Shown: piece after piece, positions 13,445-25,400 of the stretch | Position numbering within the stretch: the first letter of the stretch is position 1 | Layout: every line of letters begins with the position of its first letter | From: Macrostomum lignano | Taxonomy: Eukaryota | Assembly (NCBI GenBank): GCA_002269645.1 | Contig: NIVC01000368.1 | Location: 248,001 to 312,000 of the forward strand | Length of the DNA stretch: 64,000 nucleotides | Reading direction: 5' to 3' | Position numbers and translations under genes: made by a program | The notes under the pieces: generated by a model | Database searches by the model: none | Seen by the model: the letters and a program-made list of their open reading frames with translations, nothing else | Told to the model about the DNA's origin: nothing

Positions 13445-15545
13445 TCAGTTGCGAATCTGCTCAGCCAGCCTAGAGTTTGTCCAATCCAATCCGATATCGT
13501 CCAGATGATTGTCAAAGTCCACCAGACTTCGATAGGCCTGCCTCACTAACAGGTTAGCCAGCGTTTCTAAGCAATCTTCTTCGTCGTCAATAGCAACAGC
13601 TGAATTAGGCAGTCGTTCAAGTTTCTGGCTTTGTCCAGCTTCTTTACGTTGATAATAAATCAATGGAATTGTGGAGCATTTCCGATCAATAGCTTTGTTA
13701 TCGACTAGAATGTACAGACTTCTCGGCAGGGGGCAATTCTCAGCGATCTTCTGATAGATATGAGCGCCGACACCTTCAGGTGAGGCGTCGTTAAGCAGCT
13801 CGTTAGCCTGGTTTAATGTTTGTTATTATTAGAGATTTAATTTGAAAAAATAAAATCGCGTGAAATTTTATTAACTACGATACATATCGGCAAAATGCTT
13901 TAATTTACTTTCTACAATATATCTGCCACATAATCCCACCCTTGACCCAAAGTCGTTTCAAAGTCGTGGCAAGCAGGTAAAACAGATAAAATAAGAAAGA
14001 AGTGACTCTAGGAAACAAGGAAAAAACGACGGAATGTCATGGTTAAAGTCGCCAAAAAGTCATTAAAGAGTCTTCCAAGAGAGTCACTTTGAAGTGTTTT
14101 ATTAAAATAGTCAGAGTTATGTTTGAAGCGCTCTAACTAGCCTACTGATTTAGTAGAAAGCATAGCACCAACACAACAATTTCGGAATATGTTTTTGCAA
14201 CTCTTTTGCGATTCTACAAGTCACGTGACGCGCTTGTGATAGAAAAGTCGCCTCTCCTTCGCATTAGACGTGGTTAAAGTCACAAAGTCACAAAAGAGAC
14301 ATAATTGAGGCGGCTGTTACACTTGCCAACAAACTGCTTTCGAACATGTCAAAACACAAGCAGAAAATTTCTGAGCCAACCTGAGGGAATACCTGTCAAA
14401 CGGTTTATTCAATTATATTATTATTGCACTCAGACCAAAAGACACCTGCACACTAGAACCAGGGAGCACTGGCTCAAACCGTCGGCCATCCAAACCCACC
14501 TTTTGGAATGTAAAAGCTGCTCTAATTGTACACCTGAAGAACGCTTTAAAATCATCGATCAATGCCCATCTGATCACAAGCTCAAGATCTTAGAAGCCTT
14601 GTACATAAAAAGCCAGTCGCCCACCCTTAATACGCAACTCCAACACAGAGGTGCAGGCCATGTTCTCCGTGTGTTCTGAGTGAGAGAGCACACTGACCTT
14701 GTTGACCTTGTTGTAACCAGTGCTCATTCAATTATATTTTGTTTTCTGCCTATTAGTCTTTGCCCCGCCCTACGGACTATCAACCTCCTACTACTCTGTA
14801 ATACTTACTCACCAGCTACATACGTTTCATTGACAAATAATTTATAAATTCGCTTACTCACACCTTTCGTTTCAAACAATATACCCGACGATGCACCTTG
14901 GTGTGCGAAACGCGTCGAAAAAACCGCATGTTGATTTTCGGATTTCTCTTTATTTTACTTGCCAAGCGAGCCACTTTACCTGATTATAAATAAATATTCT
15001 CAGGAGGGCTATGTGGACAATTCTGCCCATTAAACTGACTCATACAAGCGCGCCAATAGTGTATGTACGCTCACACAGGGTGTACACTCTCTGCGCCTTA
15101 GGGCTTGGCACTTATTAAATCTAAACCCAAAAAAGAAATAAATGAACTGATCAATGGCAACAACAGCGATAATAGTAACAATTAAAATTATTAATGTTAA
15201 CTCACCTGATAATAGCCAACAATAGCATAGTTTTTGTAAGTTGCTTCAATTTGCATCAGGGCAGCTTCCAGCATTGGTGCCAAATTCAAATTGCTATGAA
15301 ACAATGGTACAGTATTACAGATCACAATAGGCTTAGAGCTTGAATTAGAGCTATCCGGCGAAGGTTTCTCAGCCAGAAGCACCTGTCATTAACAATAAAT
15401 TAGTAAACAATTTATTAACTCCAACTCCCAAGATACAAATCATTAGTCTAGACCTACTCACCCCATTGACAGCAGTGTGTGGATATTTGCAGGCATGCAA
15501 TACTATCTTAGCAACTGCCAGTGGTTCCACAAGGAATTGTGACAT
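13445..15545 (-). CDS. EMC8: ER membrane protein complex subunit 8/9 (MPN-like)
   Basis: Exons complement(15462..15545, 15206..15382, 13445..13807), all phase 0. Motifs KIVLHACKYPHTAVNG, PLFHSNLNLAPMLEAAL, GYYQANE and LVDFDNHLDDIGLDWTN are characteristic of EMC8/9. Confidence 0.95.
14305..14960 (+). mobile_element. Penelope-like element 3' fragment: GIY-YIG endonuclease ORF end, 3' UTR and hammerhead-like motif, in EMC8 intron 2
   Basis: YCTQTKRHLHTRTREH..SAI..HL..C..C....FKII....L.ILEALYI....P.LNTQ is the typical PLE GIY-YIG C-terminus. CCGACGA-t-GCAC..GTGC-GAAAC-GCGTC lies at 14885-14916. Confidence 0.8.
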
Positions 15546-16289
15546 GACAACTATTTTAGTGTAAACTATATCTGAAAATATAACAAAGTTAATAATGAGC
15601 TTGTAAATATATTCATTATAAATTATGTACTAGCAACTCTAGATACATTTTGTTATACTCATACTTCAGAGCAGTATCTACTTTATATAAAAATACATCA
15701 ATAGAAATTGCTTTGTTATACTTGAAAAAGTTTTTAGTTCATATAATTAAAATATTTCTTAGCAAAATCTATAAATACTAAAAATGAGTGTGGGTGTTTC
15801 TTGATTTAAAAAAGGCTTAGCTAATGTTAAAAAACCTTGCATTGTTTAATCATTAATTTTCTATGATAGTATGTGTATGGCTATTAATTAGTAAAATAAT
15901 AATAATAATATTATTAATAATTTATTACACCTCTTTAAATAGGCAAATGTGCAACCAAATAATAGCTTAGCTATAGCTACTTTTTGGCATATCTAAAAGA
16001 CTGCATATAGCTGTTCTATTAAAAGACTAGGGGTTGCTGTGCACATCCTCAATTATCCCTGCTAATCACTAAGATAGAAAACCAATTAGCATATCACTAG
16101 CAATCTACGCCCCCCGTTGGGGAGCCAAAGAAATGCAATACCCATTTTTTTAATAAGCTACATGTATCCTTGAAAACTTAAAAAATCACCTGTCAAACCT
16201 TGTAAGCCTTGACATGTCAGTAATTCCCCCCCTTGACATCTCAGCAATGCCCCTATAAGCCTTGGAAATCTAAAAATATCTGTCAACCT

Positions 16290-16380
16290 TCTAACCCTAA
16301 CCCTAGCCTGACCCTAACCGTAGTCTAACCCTAACCCTAACCCTAACCTAGCCCTAACCCTAACCCTAACCTAACCCTAA
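16290..16380. repeat. Interstitial degenerate telomeric (CCCTAA)n tract
   Basis: About 14 imperfect CCCTAA units. Confidence 0.9.
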
Positions 16381-16640
16381 AGCATTGACATTTCAGTAAT
16401 TCTCTCTAAGAGTCATTATAGCACTACTACAGCATTATAGCGATTCCCTGCAAGCTTCAACATTGTAGGGATTCCCAAATGAATCTCTTAACTTCGACAT
16501 GAAGCTTCTTTTATTTTTTACATTACGCTTTTTCTATCAGCGATCCCTCCCCTGAGGAGCCAACAAAAAATGTAATAAAAAGTTTTCATTAAACTACATG
16601 TAGCTTCTGACTTTAGCCTTGAAATCTCATTTATATCCCC

Positions 16641-19600
16641 GTGAGCCCAACCCCCAACCCCCGACGCCCAACCCCCTTGAGACTGACAGCTGACAGCAAG
16701 CCCCTGACAGAGCTGCGACCGCTGGCGACGAAGCCGAGGCCAACTGCCAGTCATTATCAAGACTCACAGAGGTCGCCCACCAGTTTTAGCAGTTTGACAT
16801 GTTGCCCTACTAGGAGCCACCGACTACTAGCTAAAGGTGACGAGGACAGCGACCACAGTGCAGCCAGAGATGACCGCTGCCAACCCGCTTGCTGCCCTAA
16901 GTTCACGAAGGTGAGATTCAGCAGCGACACCGATAGCTCCGCTGACTCATCAATATCTGCTGACAATACAAACTCTAACGACAGTGACGCCGAGGCCACC
17001 GACACGGATTGGCCTCCAAATACCGCAACAGCCCAACCACCGGTCCAAGTAGCGACCATGCGTAGGGAGCTCTAGACCCCAAACCATGCCTCCACAGCCG
17101 ATGCCCCGCCAGCCAATCCTACAGACAGACGCCGTACTCTGAATCTAACTGATCACATCCCAAGGCCAGTCACTTGTGAGGAGCTCCAGACCCATCAGCG
17201 AGCTGACTCTGCCATCGCCATGGTGATCAATCTATTGGAAACCCAACAACCAGCCGCTAAATCAGCATCTGAACATGACAAGAGACGAGCGAAACCTGTT
17301 AGCATTTTATGAACAATTAGAAGTCTGAGACGATGGACTATTAGTTATACATATCGACGATGTCGGAGAAGAGGACAAAGCGCGAATCATCCTGCCAAAG
17401 AGTCTCGATGCCAACGTGTTCGCCGACCTGCATGGTTCGCCCTACTGCGGACACATGGGCCAAGACCTCACCATTGCTAAAGTACGCGAACGTTTCTGGC
17501 GACCTGCCTTGGCCAAAGCAGTGTACGACTATGTCGCTTCCTGCCAGACCTGCACTTTAAGCAAAGGACGGCGAAGAATCCCGGCGCATGTACAGTCGTT
17601 TCTGGTCTGCGAAATCTACGGGCAATGCGCTATTGACATCCTGGGCCCCACTGGAGATCCAACAGATTGCGGAAATTAGTACATCTTAACCTACGTCGAC
17701 ACAACATCGAAGTACCCATTCGCTTTCGCCATGAAGAACCAGCGCGCCAAAACAATAATCACACTCCTGCAAGAGCAAGTCTTTCCAATCACAGGAATCC
17801 CCGCTTGGATTCACTCGGATCAAGGCAAGCAATTTACAGGGCATGAGTTCCGACACTTCTGCGAAGTCTACGGCATGAGGCAGACAACGACACCGCCATA
17901 CTCGCCCTGGGCGAATGGACAAGCTAAATCGTGCAATAAGAATATTAAGAAAGTGCTCACCTGTCTCCTCGAAGACCACCAACAGTGGGACAAAATTCTG
18001 CCAGCCGCTTTGACTGCTCTAAGATCCGCCGTCAATCGTACTACTAGATTCTCGCCGCACTATGTAGTCTACGGAGTGCCCTATCGATACCCTATCGACA
18101 ACACCCTAGACCGCCTAGACGTATCAGCTGACCTCCCGGAGTACATCACTAAACATCAGCACAGACTGGCCGAAACTGAGCGCATTGTTCGCCAACGACT
18201 GGGAGCAGAGATCCAACGCCGAGAAGAGTACTATGAGAACCGGCCGAGGCCAGCAGAACTGCTACCCGGAGATCTGGTCTGCCTGGCCAACCAGAAGCTC
18301 GAGCTGGGAGAGTTGCCCAAGTTTCACCAGCCGTATAAGAGCATGTATAAAGTTGTGAAGAAAGTCGGCAAAGTTGCCTATTGGATCAGACCTGCCACAG
18401 CACGACGAGGATGCCCAGCCGAAGTGCTTGTACACCGGAACAATATCATCAAAGTGCCGCAAACAATGGCTGAATGACCGCAGGAGCCGCCGCAACAAAC
18501 TGAATGGCCAATATTGCCCTACGAGTCGAGCGAGGAGAGCGAAACCAACTCAGTTAATCAGCCCATTTCAGAGCCGCAGACCGCAGCTCAGCCTGAACTG
18601 CGAGGCAGCCAATTATTTGAACCAAGCCTGTGCCATCCTGAAGTGCTAGAAGAAGACAATCTGGACCTACCAGACATCGGAATGGAGGTCGAAATTCAAG
18701 GTAATTAACTGCGAAATTTATGTATGTGCGCCTTTCTGCAAATTTTACTTGCGCACTACTGCCAGTAGTCACGTTTGCGAATGCGTTTAATTTTCCCTGC
18801 CGCTGTAAAACCTTCTTTGCACCTGCCAATGTGCTGAAGGTTAATTTAGTATTCTCTACTGTAAACCTTATGCTTGAGGGTAAAAGCAAATTCTCTACTG
18901 TAAACCTTATGCTTGAGAGTAAAAGCCAAAATTCTCTACTGTAAACCTTATGCTTGAGGGTAAAAAGCAGATTCTTCAATGTAACATTTTGCTTTTCTGA
19001 AAAAAGCAGTTCTACTCTTCTCCTTAAGCTTTCCGGATAAAAGCTGCAATCTGTAAATTTCTACATGCTCATGCTTATGTGATGCGTTACAATAAGTTGC
19101 ACCCTTGCACTCATATTTAGCCTTAGGCTTTCTAGTAAAAGCCTGCACAAATGTGTTTGTATTTATCCTCATGCGATACAATAATTTAGTATGAATTTTC
19201 CTTTTTGTCCTGCAAAATTTTGCTGTAAATTTCTCTGCTCATGCCCAGAGTGCTGAAAGTTTATGCTCATCTCTGTAATATATTCGCATGCTAATTTTTG
19301 TTATTTTGTAAACCTTCTCAGCTCCTTGTTCAAAGCTGAAGGTAATTTTGTTCAACCCGCCATTTTTGACTGCCCTGCTGCACCCGGGTCAGGCCCACTT
19401 GTTAGAGGCTATTCCCAGTGGGGGCATCTAGGGTGACTTGAGGCTCCAGATCTCTGTTCAGATCGAGCCGAGCCTGGGAAAATTCTTCTCTAGTGTTCTT
19501 TTCCTCCTTTTGTTTGTATAGCTCCTTATGGAGACCTGCGCACTATTTTGGTTAAAATATATTATTTAGCTATTTCTTATTATTAATGCTGGTTAGGAAC

Positions 19601-21450
19601 CTCAGTTTGTTACTCAAAGCCAGTTGTCTCTTTTCTAACTTATGTTTGTGAAAACTCTGATGCGTTCCCCCTTCTTTGCTACCCCCATTTGTGTGAGCCC
19701 ATTTGGGGCCTTCTTGTTTTCAAATAATCTGGCATGTAGCCTAAACCCTAGACAGGCGGTACCGCACCCCTCTCTAGAAGTTTATCATTTTATTGCCCCT
19801 TGATTTCTCTCCACCCCCAATCTCCAGGCGCAACCTCAATTGAAGTGCGCCACGGGGGGTGTATTTTTTTCACTGACCGTTTTCTGGCCCCCTTTGTTCA
19901 TTATCTGGCCAGCCATAGAAGTATATAAGCGTTTAATTTTGCTGTGTTAATTTTCTGAATTTTGTTTCTCCGGCCATCCAGCTAATAATCTGACACTTGA
20001 TTCTCCGGCTAATATCATTCGAGGATCAATTTATTTTGCCTGACTCACATTTTGCTCTGGACTGATCAGCATCAAACATGTTCAGCGACCCTATGTGTAA
20101 TGGCGCCTCAGCTGCCTCGCCGAACTGGTCGCTACTGGACTCGGTCGATTTGGACAAACTGCAACCCGAACCTCTGGAGGCCGCTTATAGCCCAGGACCG
20201 GAGATAAATGATTTCATGGAGGAAGTGTACGCTGTGCCCTTGGCACCTGAGCCGGATCTGGTGCGTCTGCTTGAGCCGGACCGCCATGAGACGCCCCCGC
20301 CTCCGCCATCAGCCTGGACTAGCGAGTCCAGTGGCAGCCCTCGCGGAGCTCCAATGGCTGCCCCTGCTAGTGACCCTGCGGCCCCTGCGGAAATTTGGGC
20401 ACAACATTTGGCAGAGCTACTGCTCCTGGAAGCCGAGGGGGCCTCCGCCCAGTGGCAAGCCAGCGACGGCCGGAATTGGTCCCTTTATGCGCAGCACTTC
20501 GACCCAGCTGATGTGACCCTGGTGCTCGATATGGTCGCTGCTGCTACTGTGGCCTGGCTCGGCGACAAAACCGAGGGGCAGCAAATCGGCCCGTGCTGCA
20601 CGCTGGTGGCGCTAGCCATCGACAACACCACCACCCGCCACCAAGGGCTACCTCTGTCGCTCGAGCGACTTTGCTACGGCGCCTGGGCAGCCAGCGCGGC
20701 CGATGCTTGCAGTTGCCCAAACCCAGCCACCACGACTAGCAGCCCGGAGCCTAACAGTCAGGAGCCCGCCGCCCAACCTACTACCAGTACGCCCAACGGC
20801 CTGGTCCGCGGCAGCCAGGCCCCAGCTAGCCGCGGCCGGTACCCTTAGACCGGGAGTTCTAATCGATTTATCTCATGCCACGGCCCGCTGGCGCATGTGG
20901 TAGTTGCGGACTCCCACTAACGAATATTTAAATTTTATAATAACATTTTATGGACTGTCCCATTTGCCGCCACCCCATTTCTGGCCCTATCCATTCACCC
21001 TTTGGCAAAATCTATGACGTATTTTGTTCCTTTTTCTGGCATAACTGCCCTCTTTCTGGTTCTTCACGCCCTTTTTCTGTTTAGTTTGTTTTTCCATGCC
21101 ATGTTCTGGGCCTTGGTGTCCACATCCTGTCCCCATTCACTGGACCACCTTGCCCACCTTTGCTTTTTTGTGTTATTTACCTTGGCTCTCTCTTTCTCTT
21201 CTACCCCCATGTCTTTTCCTCCCCCCCCCCTTTGCTCCTCCCTTCTCGCTCTCGCTACATAAACTTAATACATAAATTTAATACTTGTTATTTGTTCCCA
21301 GTTGAGTAAACCTAAATACTAAGACTAGTGACTCGAATTTAACTTATTTAGACCCCTGCACCGCAGCTCCCCCGGAACTTTTCTGTTGTCTGGTCAACTC
21401 CGGTATATTAATAATATTCAGCAATTGGTTAATAAACTGACATCAACTGT
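16641..21450 (+). mobile_element. 5'-truncated, decayed Gypsy LTR retrotransposon (linker, integrase, long 3' region, extra ORF)
   Basis: HHCC zinc finger (LHGSPYCGHMG..CQTC), D (AIDILGP), D (HSDQGKQF), catalytic E replaced (NGQAKS), GPY/F-like tail. Stops at 17073 and 17677 and a frameshift near 17290. The right boundary is inferred. Confidence 0.8.
20078..20848 (+). CDS. Uncharacterised 256-aa ORF downstream of the Gypsy integrase
   Basis: Intact ATG-to-TAG ORF, GC-rich relative to its flanks. Pro/Ser-rich ends surround a more complex core (EIWAQHLAELLLL..WSLYAQHF..CCTLVALAID). No recognised domain. Confidence 0.5.
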   Translation: MFSDPMCNGASAASPNWSLLDSVDLDKLQPEPLEAAYSPGPEINDFMEEVYAVPLAPEPDLVRLLEPDRHETPPPPPSAWTSESSGSPRGAPMAAPASDPAAPAEIWAQHLAELLLLEAEGASAQWQASDGRNWSLYAQHFDPADVTLVLDMVAAATVAWLGDKTEGQQIGPCCTLVALAIDNTTTRHQGLPLSLERLCYGAWAASAADACSCPNPATTTSSPEPNSQEPAAQPTTSTPNGLVRGSQAPASRGRYP

Positions 21451-22204
21451 TCTTCATTTAATACTTAATTAAAATCCATAGCCTGTAGGGCGTAAAACAA
21501 CCAAATCTCATTTCAAAGAAAGCTTTGAGACTTCAACGTCCATAATACGTAAATTATGGTGGTGGCAGTGCTACTCTACTAACAGTAATCAGTCAAGCAA
21601 TCGAAGTGCATTAACTACGGTGTCTAAGGACCCTCTCTGAATGCTCGCGCCTAACGAAGACCGCTTGTCTATAACCGAAACTACCCTCCCCCCGGAATTA
21701 AGGACTTCGGCAATTGGAGTAAAACAGGAGGCAAACTTCTGTTGTGATTCATCTGCGCAATCTTCCGGCTTCAATTCGTGCGAATGCAATGACAACCGGT
21801 TTCGAAGAAACCTTGAGTTAAAAATCCGCAATTGCCAAGTCTACCATAAATTTTCTTCTTCTGCCCCTACCTCAATTCCTTCTTTACGAATCACGGCACT
21901 ATAACAATTTCCACCAAGCTTTGACATCGTAGCAATTCCCAAATGAATCTTTTAACTTTGACAAGACTTTTCTTTTATGTATACATAGTGCTACTTTTAT
22001 TTTTTACATGACTCTTCTTCTATCAGCGCTCCCCCCCCCCCGTGGTGAGCTAACAAAGAATGTAATAAAAAATTGAGTAAAGTAAATGAACTTTGAAGTA
22101 GCTTCTGACTTTTGCTTTGACATCTTTGAAACTCCCCCCTGTAATGTCAGTTACTCTCTGTGAGCCTTGACGTCTCAGTTTTTCTCCCTAGCACAGCACT
22201 ATAG

Positions 22205-22995
22205 CTTCATTTAATTTTTACATGACACCTTTCATGTCTGACATGACGCTTCTTTTATTCTACCATGATGCTTCTTAATTTTTTAAATGACACTTTTATT
22301 AGTTTTTAAATGAGGCTTCTGTGATTTTTACATGACGCTTTTAAGATTTTTATATGATGCTTCTATGATTGTTTACATGACGCTTCTATGATTGTTTACA
22401 TGACGCTTCTACGATTTTTTACATGATGCTTCCATGACTTTTTACATGACGTTTTTATGATTTTTACATGACGCTTCTATAATTGTTTACATGACGCTTT
22501 AATGATTTTTACATGATGCTTCCATGATTGTTTACATGATGCTTCTATGATTTTTACATGACACTTTTATGATTTTTACATGACGCTTCTATGATTGATT
22601 ACATGGCACTTCTATGATTCTTACATGATGCTTCTATGATTCTTACATGACACTTCTATGATTTTACATGATGTTTCTATGATTTTTTACATGATGCTTC
22701 TATGATTTTTTACATGACGCTTTTATGATTGTTTACATGACGCTTCTATGGTTGTTTACATGACGCTTCTATGATTTTTTTCATGACGCTTGTATGATTT
22801 TTTCATGACACTTCTACGATTTTTGCAGGACGCTTCTATGATTTTTTACATTTTGCTTCTATGATTTTTACATGACGCTTACTATGATTTTTTACATTTC
22901 GCTTCTATGATTTTTACATGACGCTTCTATGATTTTTATATGATGCTTCTATAATTTTTTGCATGACAATTCTATGATTTTTTACATGACACCTT
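22205..22995. repeat. ~22-bp degenerate minisatellite (TTTTTACATGACGCTTCTATGA), part of a dispersed repeat family
   Basis: About 35 copies. Related units occur at 7380-7520, and family flanks are shared with 7250-7720 and 16180-16640. Confidence 0.9.
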
Positions 22996-23744
22996 TAGTC
23001 CTTTAGTTATTTTTTTTAACAAAAGCTTTTAATAAAAAAATTTTCACTACTAAGTTTTGAACACAGGTTGCTGCATTAGCAGTCCAGTCTGTTCATATCT
23101 AGGCTAGATCTTATCAAATTTATAAATGAAATTGTAGCACTTATATAATTCAACACTCACTCATGAAGCAGTTATGACAATCAATTTCCTAGGCAAGTTA
23201 GTATCAGTCTCAATTAAAGTTTAGAATATGGTTACGCAATCTAAATCAAGTCTGGTGCTACGCTTCCACACTGCATTTTCAATACTGCGACGCAATTCAA
23301 GTTGGAGTTACATTTCAGTTATGATGCAATCTATTTCAGAATCAGAATTCAACCAGTCAGTTTTTTCTCTAGCATTTTTACAATGCATTTCAAGTCAAAA
23401 AGTTTGCTTGACCTTTGCAAAAAGCATGTTTTTCGAATATTTAATCCCTTTAGCATTTAGCAATTTCTTAGCAAAGATATATGTACCGTCCTGGGAAAAT
23501 TTCTGATTGAACAGTGCAAATTAGAACAAAATCGGTCTAGCCATTTTTTCTCTAATTGATTGCGTACAAACAAACAAACATACAGACAACTCATTTTTAG
23601 TATATAGGACAAAATGTTGTCAAAATAAAAAATCTATAGTATAAAATATTAGTTAGGCAATATGCCTAACTAATATTCTAAAAGATACTATTTTGAGAAA
23701 TTTTTGTAAGCAACAAAGTGTTTATAGATTGTATGTTAGGTAAC

Positions 23745-24312
23745 CAATTGTTTTACCCATAAACCATTTTGGCCATAGAAATTTTGCCCCAAACCATTTT
23801 GCCCACAGGCTGTTTTGCCTATAGACCATTTTGCTTCAAAGCCAATTGAACTAGGCCTAGTTTTGCCAAGGTGGCAATAAATGCCTAAACTTAGAGTTGA
23901 AAAAAGTTGATAGATCTTATTCTTTTAGTATTTCTGGTTTTACCAAAACCTTTTTTTACCTTCTGATTAAAATGGCTTATTGCACTTTTAAAATAAATGA
24001 CTTTCTTAGAAAAAAACTTGTAAGAATTTACAATTATAATAAACATAAACAAATAACTAACTCATGACACATGTTGTAACAACAAATCATATTTTCTAAC
24101 AAATTAAAACTAAAATTACAATTGAAAAAAGACAAAATTAAATATACATGTATAGTGATATCTGTAAATTACATAGGCCTAATTACCATTTTAGCCAAAA
24201 TGCATATAGCCAAATTGGTTTATGGGCAAAATGGACTATAAAACTGGAAGAAAGAGCCTAGGAGCAAAATTTCCATGGCCAAAAATCAAAATGGTTTAGG
24301 GGTAAAACAACA
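23745..24312. mobile_element. MITE-like element with ~100-bp imperfect TIRs built from CCATTTTGCCC subrepeats
   Basis: 23745-23848 (TTGTTTTACCCATAAACCATTTTGGCC..) is the reverse complement of ~24210-24312 (..GGCCAAAA..AATGGTTTAGGGGTAAAACAA). Confidence 0.65.
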
Positions 24313-24539
24313 ACTGGAATTTGTATGTCACATGCAACAAGATCTTATTAGATAGTCATGCTAGTCTATTTTTTATATATAGTACTCAGTAGGGACCTTA
24401 TTAATATTTAATGTATTAACCTTAATTATTTTTATTATTAATATTACAAATACCAATGTTAGATATTATATTAGTTTATTAACTAGTTTATTTAGCTTAG
24501 CTCTTGGCTTAAATGCTATAGATAGACAGCATTTCTGAC

Positions 24540-25400
24540 ACCCTGGTGATGGTAGTTATAGACCTATATCACAACTCTAAGGCTTTTGTTGACTCCAACA
24601 ATAGCCTTAAAAATAAGTTTGATACTACTTCTGGGATATTGCAAGGGGACACACATCTCCTCTGCTTTTCATTTTCATTGACTAAATCTTGCACTACTGC
24701 CTTTGAGATGACAATAGCTTTGTCTTTGTGCCTCAGTGTAGCTTTTACCACACTGCCATGACATTCTTAGCCCTTGCTTACATTGATAACATTGCGCTAT
24801 TATGCTGAGACCCTATAGCAACCTTGCATGCTTTTACTTAACTCTCCTGAGAAGGCACTTGGATTGGCTTGCAGATTAATGTACACAAAATAAAGATACT
24901 GCACATAGGTGCTAACAATTCTCTACCACTGACCTTGACCAATGGTGAGGCCATCTTAATGTGCAATGACTTCCAATACCTAGGCACCTTTATGCTTGTG
25001 ATGAACCCAAAGGCAATCATTATAGACAGGAGGACCTAGGCCTAGCGCGCCATGGGTCATCTCAATCTTAGGCCAATCCTCACTTCTAGAGTGCAAAACA
25101 ACCTAAAGATCTATCTATACCTATTATGCATTGCTAGGCCTAAGTAGAGCCAATCATTCTTTATGCTATGGCATAGAAGCTATCCTGATGTCTGATGATA
25201 ACCATGCAAGAATGGGCCTTGGACATAATGCACCACAACCTGCTATGCAAGTTGAAGGTGCTAGGCATATGCTACTTGGCCATTCTCTCAATAGCCTAGC
25301 TGATAGCAAAACCAAAATTGCCATTCCTTAATATTATCTTCTACTGGCATTGCTAGGCCCTGCTGGCTGCTAGGACACTGCCTGCAGCAGTTTACCTGCA
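24540..25400 (+). mobile_element. Heavily decayed non-LTR retrotransposon (RTE-like) reverse transcriptase relic
   Basis: Across frames: FDTTSGILQGDT (24618), AYIDNIALL (from YADD, 24776), LQINVHKIKILHIG (24869), DFQYLG (24968). Confidence 0.7.

Noticed and set aside
16290-16380. True chromosome end
   Set aside because: The tract is short, degenerate and internal, with genes on both sides.
18850-18965. Three ~37-bp repeats
   Set aside because: An ordinary tandem repeat in the retrotransposon 3' non-coding region.
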